From: a virus
Lineage: Duplodnaviria; Caudoviricetes
Reading direction: 5' to 3' (one strand)
Virus record (IMG/VR): IMGVR_UViG_3300032216_001682
Coordinates: 1-33,619 of that record
DNA length: 33,619 bases
Shown here in pieces: positions 16,033 to 23,978 of this stretch; positions within the stretch are counted from its first letter, which is position 1; each line of letters begins with the position of its first letter. The notes under the pieces were generated by a model that worked only from the letters and a program-made list of their open reading frames with translations, did no database searches and was not told the DNA's origin. The position numbers and the translations under genes were made by a program.

Positions 16033-16256
16033 GCAAGAAAATGAAGTGGATGCTCGCGTTTAAGCTGGCGCCTGAAATGGCCACGATGTTTCTGAAGGGT
16101 ATGGTCGAGATTGATGGCGCGCCGGTTTATTCGTGGACGCGGGACGCAAAGCAGGCTTTGCAATTCAGCCTCAATCACGCGACAGAGCTTTTGCCCATGG
16201 TTGAAGCAACCGCAGGCCACGGCGGTCATGGCCGAATTTCCTTGATTGCAGCCTAA
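16029..16256 (+). CDS. Hypothetical protein
   Basis: ATGA coupling; WTRDAKQALQF motif. Confidence 0.6.
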   Translation: MSKKMKWMLAFKLAPEMATMFLKGMVEIDGAPVYSWTRDAKQALQFSLNHATELLPMVEATAGHGGHGRISLIAA

Positions 16257-16472
16257 TGAAAGGCCCCGGCAGCGGCTCTAATGCAATCGCGGTTTGTGCC
16301 GATCGTTCGTCCACAAACAAACACGCGCGCGGCCCCGCCAGGGGCTTGCGGCACGTCTCTGCACCTCCCCTACCAGACGAGCGCCAGAGGGCGCTCAGCG
16401 GCGCTCAGGGAGCGCTACAGCGGCATTCTACACGCGCCTGGCATCCCGCTGGGCTGACATGAGGGTGAAAGC

Positions 16473-16970
16473 ATGAGCAAGCAGCACCGAAAGCCTACGC
16501 CGGTCGAGCCCGGCATGCGCCAGGCGATTGCGCGCGGAGCGATGCCCATCACGCTGGTGATGCGCGGCGAGCATGGGGGGCTGCAGCGTCACGCGGCCTA
16601 CCGGCTGCCGGCGACGCATGGCGACCAGCATCTGATCGACCAGATGGCCGGTCATGGCGTGCTGACCCAGCAGCAGCATCAGAACGCCTCGGCGCTGCTG
16701 TACGTTTTCCGCGCGGCGGGCCTCGATCCTGCGACATCCGCGCGCTACTCTGACCGGGTGCACGGCCAGGACGCTGGGGCCGTGTGTTTCATGACGATCT
16801 ACCGCGACGAGATGGCGCGCATGTCGGCCAAGCAGTCGCACCTCATCAGCAAGGTGCTGCGCGGCGAGGGTGTGGTCCTGCACGATCTGGAGCAGCTCTG
16901 CGCTGGGCTGGACAAGCTGGACGCGCTGGCCGCGCGCTATGACGTGCTGCCGTGGTCGGAGGAAGATTAG
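16473..16970 (+). CDS. Putative late transcription regulator (Q position)
   Basis: Last early-right gene, directly before a TTGACA element, a terminator and the terminases. GAGGGTG SD. Confidence 0.55.
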   Translation: MSKQHRKPTPVEPGMRQAIARGAMPITLVMRGEHGGLQRHAAYRLPATHGDQHLIDQMAGHGVLTQQQHQNASALLYVFRAAGLDPATSARYSDRVHGQDAGAVCFMTIYRDEMARMSAKQSHLISKVLRGEGVVLHDLEQLCAGLDKLDALAARYDVLPWSEED

Positions 16971-16973
16971 CGC

Positions 16974-17004
16974 TTGACAGCCCACGCCGTCCCGTGGCAG
17001 TCAA
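16974..17004 (+). promoter_or_regulatory. Candidate late promoter within an imperfect palindrome
   Basis: TTGACA -35 with a weak -10. TTGAC..CCACG / CGTGG..GTCAA dyad. Confidence 0.45.
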
Positions 17005-17025
17005 CTTCTCAAGTCGATTTTGCAC

Positions 17026-17057
17026 GCCCGGAGCCTGGAAAGGCTGCCGGGCTTTTT
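17026..17057 (+). terminator. tR'-like intrinsic terminator
   Basis: GCCCGG-AGCCT-ggaa-AGGCT-g-CCGGGC-TTTTT. Confidence 0.75.
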
Positions 17058-17197
17058 GCTATTCCGGCCCTTCTCCACACGCTGCTGCCCGGCGCGGCGT
17101 ATCCCTCGATCCAGCGTGCAAGCGTCAAGCGGCGGGCCGGTGCATGAGGGCCGCATGGACCGAAGCCGGGCAGTTTTCAACAGATCAGGAGGCGAAC

Positions 17198-17251
17198 ATG
17201 GCCAAGAAACCCATGCCCAAGGGCGGCAAAAAGGGCGGCGCGGGCTGCTGA
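17198..17251 (+). CDS. 17-aa basic micropeptide MAKKPMPKGGKKGGAGC
   Basis: AGGAGG SD with 5-nt spacing; stop codon 1 nt before the terS ATG. Confidence 0.55.
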   Translation: MAKKPMPKGGKKGGAGC

Positions 17252-17252
17252 T

Positions 17253-17648
17253 ATGGCGGCCTCATCCACCACGCGCCGAGGTAACGGCGCCGGCTGGGGT
17301 GGCGCTGCCAAGGGCGCCGGCAAGCAAGGCGCAGGGCAGGGCCAGGGCCGCCCTGACGGCGTGAAAGACGGCCAGGGCAAGCAGGCGCAGGCGCGCGCAG
17401 CCCTGGAAGATGCGCTGCCGCTGGCGGTGCAGACGGTCATCGGCATTGCCGGCGACATCACAGACCAACGCGCGCTGCAGGCCGCGAGCAACATCATCGA
17501 CCGGGTGCTGGGCAAAGTGGGCGACAAGCTGACTGTGGCCGGTGACGCGGACGCGCCGCTCGTGATCCGGCGCATCATTATCGACCCGAAGGGGCCAAAT
17601 GGACATTCAGACGCCGCGAGCGTTTCAGCCGTTTCTGCGGCCGAGTAG
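17253..17648 (+). CDS. terS: Terminase small subunit (putative)
   Basis: Overlaps the terL start; GAGQGQGRPDG...ALQAASNIIDRVLGK...GDADAPL. Confidence 0.7.
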   Translation: MAASSTTRRGNGAGWGGAAKGAGKQGAGQGQGRPDGVKDGQGKQAQARAALEDALPLAVQTVIGIAGDITDQRALQAASNIIDRVLGKVGDKLTVAGDADAPLVIRRIIIDPKGPNGHSDAASVSAVSAAE

Positions 17649-19542
17649 GTACAAAGGGGCGTTTGGGGGCCGAGGAAGCGGCAAGAGCCATTTCTTTGCG
17701 GAGGCGGTGGTAGAGCGTTGCATCATGCAGCCTGGCAGCCGGATCGTTTGCGTTCGTGAGGTGCAAAAGAGCTTGAAGGACAGCGTAAAGCGGCTGATTG
17801 AGGATAAAATTTCCGCCCTAGGCGTTGGCGGCAAGTTTGACGTGAAGGCCACGGAGATCGGCACGCCGGGGGGCGGCGTGATCGTCTTCCAGGGCCTGCA
17901 GGATCACACGGCCGAGAGCGTGAAGTCGCTTGAGGGTTTTCATGTGGCATGGGCGGAAGAGGCGCAGAGCCTTTCGGCCAGGTCGATGGAGCTGCTGCGG
18001 CCGACGATCCGCGCGCCAGGCTCGGAGCTGTGGTTTAGCTGGAACCCGCGCAGTGCGGCCGATCCGGTGGACGAGCTGCTGCGTGGCATTACGCCGCCGC
18101 CGGACGCTATCGTGCGCCAGGTCAACTATAGCGATAACCCGTTTTTTCCGGTCGAGCTTGAGGCCGAGCGTGAATATGACGAGCGGACCAAGCCGGCGCG
18201 GTATGGGCATATCTGGCTGGGCGCTTATGAGCCTGTGGCCATTGGTGCCATCTGGGATCGCCTGATGCTGCACCGCAATCGCCGGCAGGACATGCCGGAG
18301 ATGTCGCGCATTCTGGTAAGTGTGGATCCGGCCGTGTCGAACGAGGCCGGCAGCGACGAGCATGGCATCGTGGTCGTCGGCATCGGTGCGGATGGGCGCG
18401 GCTACCTGCTGGCGGATTACAGCCTGCGCGGATCGCCCATGCAGTGGGCAGGGCGGGCGGTGGCGGCGCTGGACGAGTTCGGCGCGGATGCCATTGTGAT
18501 CGAGCGCAACCAGGGCGGCGACATGTGCGCCCAGACGTTGCGCACGGTGCGGCCGCATCTGCGGATCATCGAGGTGGTGGCCACGCGCGGCAAGCATGTG
18601 CGGGCCGAGCCTATCGCGGCGCTCTATAGCCTGGATCGGATTAGCCATGTGGGCACGTTCCAGCGGCTGGAGGATCAGATGTGCGTGGCGGCCGGCACGC
18701 TGATTGAAACTGAACGAGGACAAATAACAATTGATCAGGTGACAGTTTGTGATAAAGTGCTGACAAGGAACGGCTTTGCCCCAATCAAGTGGGTGGGTCG
18801 GACTGGATCAGCAACTGAGATTGTCGAGATAGCGACATTTCAATCACGATTGAAGGTCACTGCATGTCATCCGATCTTCTTACCGCTTCGTGGCGAGTTT
18901 GTGAGTGCCGCGACTGTGCGGCATACGGACTGCCTGCTCGAAAGCCCCAATTGGGGGTGTATGGCGCGCCCATTGCGTGGCGGGGAAAGTGGTATCACAG
19001 GATGCGCGCCGGTCATTACAGGCACGCCAAGGGAAAATTACTGCACCGAGCCGTTTACGAGGCCCATATTGGGCCGCTTGCGCCGGGCCTTGACGTGCAT
19101 CACCGCGATGATAACCCAGGCAATAACTTGCCTGAGAACTTGGTCGCCCTTACGCGGGCTGAGCACCACGCAGAGCACAGGCGTGTCGGTTTTGACGTGT
19201 TTGGCCCCGGGAGCACAGGCGTCTGCGTTGTCTGCGGCGCCAAAACTAGAACAGTTCGAGCCGTCCCAGCGCAGTATTGCGGAAATACGTGTGTTGTCCG
19301 CGCTATCCGAAAGCGTGCCCGTTTACAACTTAAGTGTGGCTGACGGGTATTTGCCTGAATATTACGCAAACGGCATTCTTACGCATAATTGCCAGATGAC
19401 CGCCGGCGGGTACGAGGGCGATGGATCGCCTGACCGGGTGGACGCCATGGTCTGGGGCTTTACGGAACTATTTCCGGCAATCAACCGGGCGAAGGCCAAG
19501 CCGCGCGAGCGAGAGCGCGCGCCAGTGAGTTGGATGGGATGA
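17599..19542 (+). CDS. terL: Terminase large subunit containing an intein (411 aa after splicing)
   Basis: Walker A GGRGSGKS, Walker B AWAEEAQ, and nuclease motifs VSVDPA and SPDRVDA. Confidence 0.95.
   Translation: MDIQTPRAFQPFLRPSRYKGAFGGRGSGKSHFFAEAVVERCIMQPGSRIVCVREVQKSLKDSVKRLIEDKISALGVGGKFDVKATEIGTPGGGVIVFQGLQDHTAESVKSLEGFHVAWAEEAQSLSARSMELLRPTIRAPGSELWFSWNPRSAADPVDELLRGITPPPDAIVRQVNYSDNPFFPVELEAEREYDERTKPARYGHIWLGAYEPVAIGAIWDRLMLHRNRRQDMPEMSRILVSVDPAVSNEAGSDEHGIVVVGIGADGRGYLLADYSLRGSPMQWAGRAVAALDEFGADAIVIERNQGGDMCAQTLRTVRPHLRIIEVVATRGKHVRAEPIAALYSLDRISHVGTFQRLEDQMCVAAGTLIETERGQITIDQVTVCDKVLTRNGFAPIKWVGRTGSATEIVEIATFQSRLKVTACHPIFLPLRGEFVSAATVRHTDCLLESPNWGCMARPLRGGESGITGCAPVITGTPRENYCTEPFTRPILGRLRRALTCITAMITQAITCLRTWSPLRGLSTTQSTGVSVLTCLAPGAQASALSAAPKLEQFEPSQRSIAEIRVLSALSESVPVYNLSVADGYLPEYYANGILTHNCQMTAGGYEGDGSPDRVDAMVWGFTELFPAINRAKAKPRERERAPVSWMG
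18682..19389 (+). mobile_element. Class-1 intein, 236 aa, in the TerL nuclease domain
   Basis: Block A CVAAGTLIET, block B VTACHPIF, block F VYNLSV and block G ILTHN followed by extein Cys. Removal restores RLEDQM-CQMTAGG. Confidence 0.95.
18864..19343 (+). CDS. HNH homing endonuclease nested out of frame inside the intein
   Basis: LHRAVYEAHIGPLAPGLDVHHRDDNPGNNLPENLVALTRAEHHAEH plus CVVC...YCGNTC. GAAGGT precedes the ATG. Confidence 0.88.
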   Translation: MSSDLLTASWRVCECRDCAAYGLPARKPQLGVYGAPIAWRGKWYHRMRAGHYRHAKGKLLHRAVYEAHIGPLAPGLDVHHRDDNPGNNLPENLVALTRAEHHAEHRRVGFDVFGPGSTGVCVVCGAKTRTVRAVPAQYCGNTCVVRAIRKRARLQLKCG

Positions 19543-19754
19543 TGGCGCCGGCACCGCTGCGCATTGTGCATGCCGGCATCCGCTACGGCGTGACTGCTGA
19601 CGGCAAGCAGGTGGCTTGGCTGCCCCCGTCCATGTGGGCGGCTGCGGCGGCTTTGGTGCGGCAGATGGACGAGATGAACGCGACGGCTGAGCGCATGCAG
19701 ATGCTCTACGACGCGGCGGAAAATGCGGCTTTTGCGGAATTAGCAAAGCCCTAA
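19539..19754 (+). CDS. Hypothetical protein between terL and portal
   Basis: ATGA overlap with the terL stop. Confidence 0.6.
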   Translation: MMAPAPLRIVHAGIRYGVTADGKQVAWLPPSMWAAAAALVRQMDEMNATAERMQMLYDAAENAAFAELAKP

Positions 19755-19761
19755 CGAGGGA

Positions 19762-19785
19762 CCGGCACGCTGTGAAGCGCCCCGG
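19762..19785 (+). promoter_or_regulatory. CGCT-GTGA-AGCG hairpin, copy 1 (portal leader)
   Basis: CCGG-ca-CGCT-gtga-AGCG-cc-CCGG between GAGGG and the ATG. Confidence 0.7.
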
Positions 19786-19791
19786 CATCGC

Positions 19792-21714
19792 ATGCCTGAC
19801 GACATCATTGAGGACGCGCTAGAGCAGTATCGCTTCAGTGCGGAAGGTAGCGCGCATATTCGCGAGCTGGCGCTTGAGGACATCAAATTCGCTAGGTTGG
19901 GCGATCAGTGGAAAGACAAGGACCGCCGCGCCCGTGAAGAAGAAGGCCGGCCCTGCCTGACGGTCAACCGGCTGCCGACATTCATCCGCCGCGTGGTCAA
20001 CGACGCGCGCCAGAATAAGCCCAGCATCAGCGTGCATCCGGTGGACGGTGGCGCGGACTATGACACGGCGCAGGTGATTGGTGGGCTGATCCGGGCCATT
20101 GAGCGCGGCAGTAACGCGGCCCTGGCCTATGATACGGCAATCGACAACGCGGCCAGCTGCGGCTTTGGGTTTTTCCGCATCACGACCGACTACTGCAACC
20201 CTGAGAGTTTTGATCAAGAGGCGCGGATTGAGCGGGTTGCCAATCCGTTCTCAGTGCATTGGGACGTGTCCAGCACGCAGTTTGACGCCAGCGATTGGGG
20301 TTTCGCATTCGTCTCTGATCTGCTGACTGACGACGAGTTTAAGCGCCGTTACCCCAAGGCCGACCATGCTTCCGACTGGCGCGAAGGCCAGGGCGAGGGC
20401 ATGGAAGACTGGGTAGACGAAGAGCGCATCCGCGTGGCCGAATACTGGCTGCGCGAAGAGCGAAAGCGCAAAATCCTGCGGCTGACTGACGGCCGCGTAA
20501 TGCGCGCGGACCAGATGGACGAGCTGGTGCAGATCGGCCCCGGCCTGATGCTGCCGATGAAGGAAACGCTGGCGTTTCAGGGGCTGGCGGTCAACGGCGA
20601 GCGCGAGGCAACCTATTTTGACGTGACGCGGCGCGTCATCAACGCGGTTGAGGTGCTGAGCGAAGAGAAATGGCCTGGCACCATGATCCCGATTTGCCCT
20701 GTCTGGGGTGAAGAGGTGATTTACCGCGGCAAGCGGCATTTCCGCAGCCTGATCCGCGATGCGCGCGACAGTCAGGTCATGTTCAACGCTTGGCGCAGTG
20801 CTTCGACTGAGCTGGTGATGTTGGCGCCGCGCGCGCCGTGGCTGGTGGCGACCGGCAGCATCCCGCCCGATGAGGTGCTGAAGTGGGAGACGGCAAACAC
20901 CCGCAACCACGCATATCTTGAGTATGACCCGGCCATGGGGCCGATGCCGCAGCGCATCCCGTTTTCTGGCGTGCCGGCTGGTGCGCTGCAGGAAGCGCTG
21001 AATGCGCAAGACGACATGAAGGCGGTAACGGGCATCTATGACGCGGCGCTTGGCGCGCGCGGCAATGAGACGAGCGGCCGGGCGATTATGGCGCGGCAGC
21101 GCGAAAGCGACACCGGCACGTTCCATTTTATCGACAACATGAGCCGCGCCATTCAATACGCCGGCCGGGTGCTGATCGAGATTATCCCGAGCATCTACAG
21201 CGAGCGCCAGACCATCCAAATCCTGGGCGACGACGAGAAGCAGCGGGTGGAGCGGGTGACGGCTGCTGTGGGCTCGCCGCCCAGCGCGGAAGACCCAGAC
21301 GGCAAGATCTATAACTTGGCCGCCGGCAAGTACGATGTGACGGTTAAGGTGGGGCCAAACTACCAGACGCAGCGCGAAGAGAGCGTGGCGGCCATGACGG
21401 AGCTGATGCGGTCGTATCCGCCGGCCGCCGAGGCGCTGGGCGATCTGGTGGTGCAGAATATGGACTGGCCGGGCGCCGACAAGGCGTCTGAACGCATCCA
21501 GGTGCTGCAGTTTGCCAAGGGTATGGAGATGGGCCTGCCCTATCAGGTGCTGGCCGAGATGATGCCGCAGGCCGCGCGGAAATTCCCGCCGCCGCAGCCT
21601 CCGCAGCCGCAAGGGCCGCCTGGGATGCCCCCGGGCATGATGCCACAACCAATGCAGGGGATGCCGCAGGGCATGCCCCCAGGAATGCCGCCGGGGCAGA
21701 TGCCCCAGGGGTGA
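19792..21714 (+). CDS. Portal protein, P22-like
   Basis: GDQW...RPCLTVNRL, RVAEYW, ETSGRAIMARQ and YDVTVKVGPNYQTQREE motifs; P/Q/G/M-rich tail. Confidence 0.92.
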   Translation: MPDDIIEDALEQYRFSAEGSAHIRELALEDIKFARLGDQWKDKDRRAREEEGRPCLTVNRLPTFIRRVVNDARQNKPSISVHPVDGGADYDTAQVIGGLIRAIERGSNAALAYDTAIDNAASCGFGFFRITTDYCNPESFDQEARIERVANPFSVHWDVSSTQFDASDWGFAFVSDLLTDDEFKRRYPKADHASDWREGQGEGMEDWVDEERIRVAEYWLREERKRKILRLTDGRVMRADQMDELVQIGPGLMLPMKETLAFQGLAVNGEREATYFDVTRRVINAVEVLSEEKWPGTMIPICPVWGEEVIYRGKRHFRSLIRDARDSQVMFNAWRSASTELVMLAPRAPWLVATGSIPPDEVLKWETANTRNHAYLEYDPAMGPMPQRIPFSGVPAGALQEALNAQDDMKAVTGIYDAALGARGNETSGRAIMARQRESDTGTFHFIDNMSRAIQYAGRVLIEIIPSIYSERQTIQILGDDEKQRVERVTAAVGSPPSAEDPDGKIYNLAAGKYDVTVKVGPNYQTQREESVAAMTELMRSYPPAAEALGDLVVQNMDWPGADKASERIQVLQFAKGMEMGLPYQVLAEMMPQAARKFPPPQPPQPQGPPGMPPGMMPQPMQGMPQGMPPGMPPGQMPQG

Positions 21715-21738
21715 CGACACGTCCGCATGTGCGGGCGC

Positions 21739-21758
21739 GCAGCGCTGTGAAGCGCCGC
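21739..21758 (+). promoter_or_regulatory. CGCT-GTGA-AGCG hairpin, copy 2 (scaffold leader)
   Basis: GC-a-GCGCT-gtga-AGCGC-c-GC. Confidence 0.7.
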
Positions 21759-21804
21759 TTTCTCAGTGCCGGGGGCAACCCCGGCCCGATAGACCGGAAT
21801 AAAT

Positions 21805-22719
21805 ATGTCAGAGACCATCGAGACCGCTGGGCAACCAGGAACGGTTGACGAGGACCTGCGCGACGTAGCGGCGCCCGCTTACGGCATGCAGGACGATGGC
21901 GCGGAAGGCGCCGACGAGCAGGACGAGGCCAAGCCGGAAGAGATCGAAGAGATCGAACTTTCGTTTGGCGCGAAAACGCTCAAAGTGGCGAAGAGCGCCA
22001 TTCCTGACGAGGTTCGGACTGAACTCGAAGAGTTCACGAAGAACATTCAGGGCGATTACACCCGCAAGACGCAGGAAGTCGCCGAGCAGCGCAAAGAGGT
22101 TGAACTGCAGCGCGAGCTGTACGGCAAACTTCAAACGCTGGGCGGTGAGGCTAGGACTGCGTTTTATGCGGGCGAGGCTCTACTGAAAGAGCTTCAGCAG
22201 CTTGAGCAGATCGACTTGCGCCAGTTGCGGCAGTCCAACCCGGACCAAGCCCGCTGGATCAGTGACGAGATTGCCATCAAGCGCGGTGAGTTTAACCGCC
22301 AGGTCAATGCAGTTTCGCATTACGAACAAGCCATGACCGCAGAAGAGCAGCGCGCAGTTGCCACGCTTGCGGAAGCTGGCCGGGCGCGTATTGCCAAAAC
22401 TGTGCGGGGATTTGACCAGGCCGCAGAGCGCCAAATGATCGAATATGCGGTGAAGGCCGGCATAAGCGAGCAGGACGCGCAGAAGTGGCCGCTCAATCCG
22501 ATTACCGCGGAGTTCGCTTGGAAAGCAATGCAGTACGACAAACTGCACGCATCCACCAAAGCCGCAACTGCGGCAAAGCCTAACGCTGCTCCCTCGGCTC
22601 CGGTTCGTGCCGTCAGCGGGAAGTCAACCGGCGCTTCGGTCAAGTCTCCCGACCAGATGAGCGACGACGAGTATTATCGCTTCGAAATGTCCAAAACCGT
22701 CAAGGCGATGCGCCGCTAA
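21805..22719 (+). CDS. Capsid scaffolding protein
   Basis: Lies between portal and coat. Acidic N-terminus, DYTRKTQEVAEQRK motif, coiled coil and C-terminal MSDDEY. Confidence 0.85.
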   Translation: MSETIETAGQPGTVDEDLRDVAAPAYGMQDDGAEGADEQDEAKPEEIEEIELSFGAKTLKVAKSAIPDEVRTELEEFTKNIQGDYTRKTQEVAEQRKEVELQRELYGKLQTLGGEARTAFYAGEALLKELQQLEQIDLRQLRQSNPDQARWISDEIAIKRGEFNRQVNAVSHYEQAMTAEEQRAVATLAEAGRARIAKTVRGFDQAAERQMIEYAVKAGISEQDAQKWPLNPITAEFAWKAMQYDKLHASTKAATAAKPNAAPSAPVRAVSGKSTGASVKSPDQMSDDEYYRFEMSKTVKAMRR

Positions 22720-22747
22720 GAGCGGGCCGCCTGACACAGATAGGGAA

Positions 22748-22769
22748 CGGAGCGCTGTGAAGCGCCCCG
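22748..22769 (+). promoter_or_regulatory. CGCT-GTGA-AGCG hairpin, copy 3 (coat leader)
   Basis: CGG-a-GCGCT-gtga-AGCGC-c-CCG between AGGGA and the ATG. Confidence 0.7.
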
Positions 22770-22778
22770 CGTAAACGC

Positions 22779-23963
22779 ATGTCGAATACACTTCTTACTG
22801 TTGACAAGATCACGCGCAAGGCGCTTGTGGTCTTGCACCAAAACCTGAACTTCATCGGCAACATTGACCGCCAGTATGACAGTTCGTTCGCCAATGCTGG
22901 CGCGCAGATCGGTGACACGCTGCGCATCCGCCTGCCGAACCAGTACACGGTTCGCACCGGCAGCACCTGGTCTGCCCCGGCCATCACCGAGCAGTCGGTG
23001 AGCCTGCAGGTCAACCGCTATCGCGGTGTGGACATGAACTTCTCCGATCAGGACCTGACCCTGAAGGTGGAAGATTTCACCGAGCGCCACATCAAGCCCG
23101 CCATGGCGGTGCTGGCCTCGCACATTGAGAACGACGCGCTCTCCATGTGCAACAGCGTCTATCAGGCGGTGAACAACGTGGGCACTGCCATCGGCACCCG
23201 CAACGTGAACCTGGCCGGCAAGGCGCTGACTGACGCGCTGGCGCCGCCGAGCGACCGCAACATCATCCTGAATACCACCGACCGCGTGGATTTCTTGGAA
23301 GCCACCAAGGGCCTCTTTCAGGATAGCACGGCAATCAAGCAGCAATACCGTGAGGGCATGATCGGCCGGATGGGTGGTTTCGACTTCTACGAAAACACGC
23401 TGATCCCGACCTCGACGACCGGCACCGCCGCATCGGCCACCACCTACACGGTGAACGGTGCATCGCAGACCGGCTCCAGCATCACCGTCGCTACCGGTTC
23501 CACGACCTTTGCCGTGGGCGACGTCATTACCTTCGCCGGTTGCAACCGCGTCCATCCTGAAACCAAGGCGGACACGGGCGTGCTGCAGCAGTTTGTCATC
23601 ACGGCGGCTTATGCCGGCGGCGCTGGCAACCTGACCATTGCGCCTGCCATCGTGACCTCTACCGCCCGTCAAAACGTCTCCGCCAGCCCGACCAACGGCG
23701 GCGCGGTGGTGAAAGTGGGCGGCGCCTCGGCCGTCTACAAACCGAGCCTGGCGTTCCACAAGGATGCGTTCACCTTCGCTACGGCTGACCTGCCGATGCC
23801 CAAGGGCACCGACATGGCCTACCGCAGCGTGATGGACGGCATTTCCATGCGCATGATCCGGGACTTTGACAGCGTCAACGCGCGCTACATCACCCGCCTG
23901 GACGTGCTGTATGGCTATGTGGCGCAGCGCCCCGAGCTGGCCTGCCGCATCCTCTCGAACTAA
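22779..23963 (+). CDS. Major capsid protein, P22 coat-like
   Basis: MSNTLLT...IGDTLRIRLP...LAFHKDAF...RLDVLYG...RPELACR; strongly biased codon use. Confidence 0.93.
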   Translation: MSNTLLTVDKITRKALVVLHQNLNFIGNIDRQYDSSFANAGAQIGDTLRIRLPNQYTVRTGSTWSAPAITEQSVSLQVNRYRGVDMNFSDQDLTLKVEDFTERHIKPAMAVLASHIENDALSMCNSVYQAVNNVGTAIGTRNVNLAGKALTDALAPPSDRNIILNTTDRVDFLEATKGLFQDSTAIKQQYREGMIGRMGGFDFYENTLIPTSTTGTAASATTYTVNGASQTGSSITVATGSTTFAVGDVITFAGCNRVHPETKADTGVLQQFVITAAYAGGAGNLTIAPAIVTSTARQNVSASPTNGGAVVKVGGASAVYKPSLAFHKDAFTFATADLPMPKGTDMAYRSVMDGISMRMIRDFDSVNARYITRLDVLYGYVAQRPELACRILSN

Positions 23964-23978
23964 GGGGGGGGCGCGCAC

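Noticed and set aside
16256-16476. Short ORFs between 16256 and 16476
   Set aside because: They overlap each other and have no SD or motif, so I cannot support either one.
17060-17180. Self-cleaving ribozyme in the late leader
   Set aside because: I could not find a hammerhead core or other recognisable catalytic consensus. It is kept only as a structured leader.
18864-19343. HNH as a frameshifted pseudogene remnant of an in-frame intein domain
   Set aside because: Both frames are fully open, and the HNH frame keeps its motif residues, own start and own stop. A read-level check is still advisable.
20251-23978. Long minus-strand ORFs (489 aa, 420 aa) and similar shadow ORFs elsewhere
   Set aside because: They are antisense mirrors of high-GC3 portal and coat genes and have no recognisable motifs.
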